Assembly (NCBI GenBank): GCA_965199715.1
Contig: OZ241322.1
Span: 544,001 to 608,000, forward strand
Direction: 5' to 3'
From: Vicinamibacteria bacterium
GTDB taxonomy: Bacteria > Acidobacteriota > Vicinamibacteria > Marinacidobacterales > Marinacidobacteraceae
Length of the DNA: 64,000 bases
Positions 62,086 to 64,000 of this stretch are shown here, in pieces (within the stretch, counting starts at the first letter, position 1; the number at the start of each line of letters is the position of its first letter). Made by a program: the position numbers and the translations under genes. Under the pieces are notes generated by a model. That model worked only from the letters and a program-made list of their open reading frames with translations, searched no databases and was not told the DNA's origin.

Positions 62086-64000
62086 GCCTCCCCCGCCTCG
62101 CGGTCGGCCGCCCGATCACCACCGCCATGATCCTGCTCAGCGTGCTGGTGCTCGGCGCGCTCTCGTTCGGACGCATCCCGCTCGCGTTCCTGCCCGACGT
62201 GGACTTCCCCGGCGTCTTCGTGAGCGTCCCCTACCCGAACTCCAACCCGGCGCAGATCGAGCGCGAGATCGTGAAGCCGCTGGAGGAGGCGCTCGCCACA
62301 ATTCCCGGCACGAGGCGCATCAGCGCGACCGCCACGGCCGACAGCGCCGAGCTCCAGTTGGACTTCACCTGGGGCGAGACGGTGGACCTGGCCCGGGCCA
62401 AGGTCTTCGAGGCGGTCGAGGACGCCCGCGACCAGTTGCCGGCGGACGTGCGCGACATCCGCGTCGCCACCTTCTCGACGACGCAGATCCCGATCGTCGA
62501 GGCCCGCATCTCCGCACCGGGCATCGACCTGCCCGCCAACTACCCGCGGCTGGAGCGGCGGATCGTGGACCCGATCCGCCGGGTTCCCGGCGTCGCCCGG
62601 GTCGAACTCAGCGGCGTGGAGCCGCGCGAGATCCGGATCAACCTGCGGCTCGACCAGGTCGCGGCCCACCGGGTCGATCTGGGCGAGGTCGCGGACCGCG
62701 TCCAGAACATGAACCGCAACGTCGCGTTGGGGTGGATCCGCTCGGCGGACGGAGTCACGCCGGTGCGCGGCTTCGGGGCGCTCTCGGCGGTCGAGGAGAT
62801 TGGCGGCCTGCCGCTGAACGAGCGCGGGCTCGTCGTCGAGGACGTCGCCGACGTGACCTATCGGGAGCCGCCGATTCCCTTCGGGCGGCGGCTGAACGAC
62901 GACGCGGCGGTCGGGCTCACCGTGTACAGGTCCGCGGAAGCCAACACCGTCGAGGTGGCGACGCAGGTCTCGGAAGTGATCGAGAACGACATCGCGAACG
63001 ATCCGGCGCTCGCCGGCGTCACCGTGTTCGTCTGGGACGACATGGCCCGCCAGATCACCTCCGGTCTCGCCGGAATCCGCACCGAGGGGCTGCTCGGAGC
63101 CGGGCTCGCGGTCCTCGTGCTGCTGCTCTTCCTGCGTCGGCTGGACACGACCTCGATCGTCAGCCTGACGATCCCGATGTCGATCATCGCGACGGCGATC
63201 GTGCTCCATTTCGGGGGCCGCTCGCTGAACGTGCTGTCGATGATGGGGATGATGATCGGGATCGGGCTCCTCGTGGACGACGCCATCGTGGTGCTCGAGT
63301 CCATCGTGCGCGAGCACGGCCGCGGCCTCGCGGCGAAGGCGGCGGCGATCACCGGCGCCCACGCGGTGTCGGGCGCGGTGATCGCCTCCACGGTCACCAC
63401 CGCGGTGGTGTTCCTGCCGACCGTAGTGGGGGCCAAGAACCAGATGTCGATCTGGCTCGGCGAGATCGGACTCGCGATCTCGCTCACGATTTTCGCCTCG
63501 CTGTTCATCTCGCTGACGCTCATCCCGCTCGTGGGATCGCGCCTGCTCGCCCGCAAGCCGAGCGAGCCGCCGGCGTGGACCGAGCGCCTCGGAGCGCTCT
63601 ACCAGCGCGCGCTCCGCTTCACCCTGCGGCGCCGCTGGATCACCGCCGGGATCGCGGTCGTCTTCCTCGGAACCGCGATCCTGCCGTTCGTCCTCGGGCT
63701 CTCGACGGCGCTGTTCTCGGGAGTGAACCGGAACCGCATCTTCCTCATGTACGAGTTCGCCGACTTCCACTACAAGGAGGACGCACGGCTCGCCGTGCTC
63801 GCAGTGGAGCGCGAGCTCGCCCGCCTGCGGGACGAACTCGGGATCGAGTCGGTGTACAGCTACTACGCCGAGAACGAGGCGCAGACCGTGATCTCGTTCG
63901 GGGCCGAGCACGTCAGCGACGAAGCCGGACGCGCCATCAAGGACCGGGTGCGGGAGACGCTCCCAGCGCTTCCCGGCACGCGGATCGTCTTCGGGGACGA
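62082..64000 (+). CDS. Second RND efflux permease (3'-partial)
   Basis: ATG at 62082 (ATGA overlap); MSLPRLAVGRPIT, GLLVDDAIVVLE; open to window end, so absent from the ORF track. Confidence 0.92.
   Translation, partial: MSLPRLAVGRPITTAMILLSVLVLGALSFGRIPLAFLPDVDFPGVFVSVPYPNSNPAQIEREIVKPLEEALATIPGTRRISATATADSAELQLDFTWGETVDLARAKVFEAVEDARDQLPADVRDIRVATFSTTQIPIVEARISAPGIDLPANYPRLERRIVDPIRRVPGVARVELSGVEPREIRINLRLDQVAAHRVDLGEVADRVQNMNRNVALGWIRSADGVTPVRGFGALSAVEEIGGLPLNERGLVVEDVADVTYREPPIPFGRRLNDDAAVGLTVYRSAEANTVEVATQVSEVIENDIANDPALAGVTVFVWDDMARQITSGLAGIRTEGLLGAGLAVLVLLLFLRRLDTTSIVSLTIPMSIIATAIVLHFGGRSLNVLSMMGMMIGIGLLVDDAIVVLESIVREHGRGLAAKAAAITGAHAVSGAVIASTVTTAVVFLPTVVGAKNQMSIWLGEIGLAISLTIFASLFISLTLIPLVGSRLLARKPSEPPAWTERLGALYQRALRFTLRRRWITAGIAVVFLGTAILPFVLGLSTALFSGVNRNRIFLMYEFADFHYKEDARLAVLAVERELARLRDELGIESVYSYYAENEAQTVISFGAEHVSDEAGRAIKDRVRETLPALPGTRIVFGD

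Overview
High-GC bacterial chromosomal window. Gene content (PadR with a 'permease prefix' membrane protein, paired DUF507, several DUF5916, M14/S9 peptidases) suggests Acidobacteriota; this is inference. It contains housekeeping genes (groES-groEL, gap, pgk-tpiA-secG, tRNA-Asp, tRNA-Leu), many secreted peptidases and hydrolases, a cobalamin riboswitch-TonB receptor-PduO unit, efflux clusters and one IS3-family element. Main observations: (1) two tandem DUF5916 genes share a ~977-bp near-identical block recoded to G-ending codons, resembling GRINS elements, and the IS3 shows the same skew; (2) a 74-aa Rdx selenoprotein (CxxU, SECIS-like hairpin) is missed by the ORF track; (3) every defence or toxin-antitoxin gene seen is disabled, often by internal deletions that keep both ends; (4) many genes have a TAnnnT box 6-7 nt before the start codon, suggesting leaderless mRNAs. 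Family assignments come from motifs recognised by eye; no database search was run.
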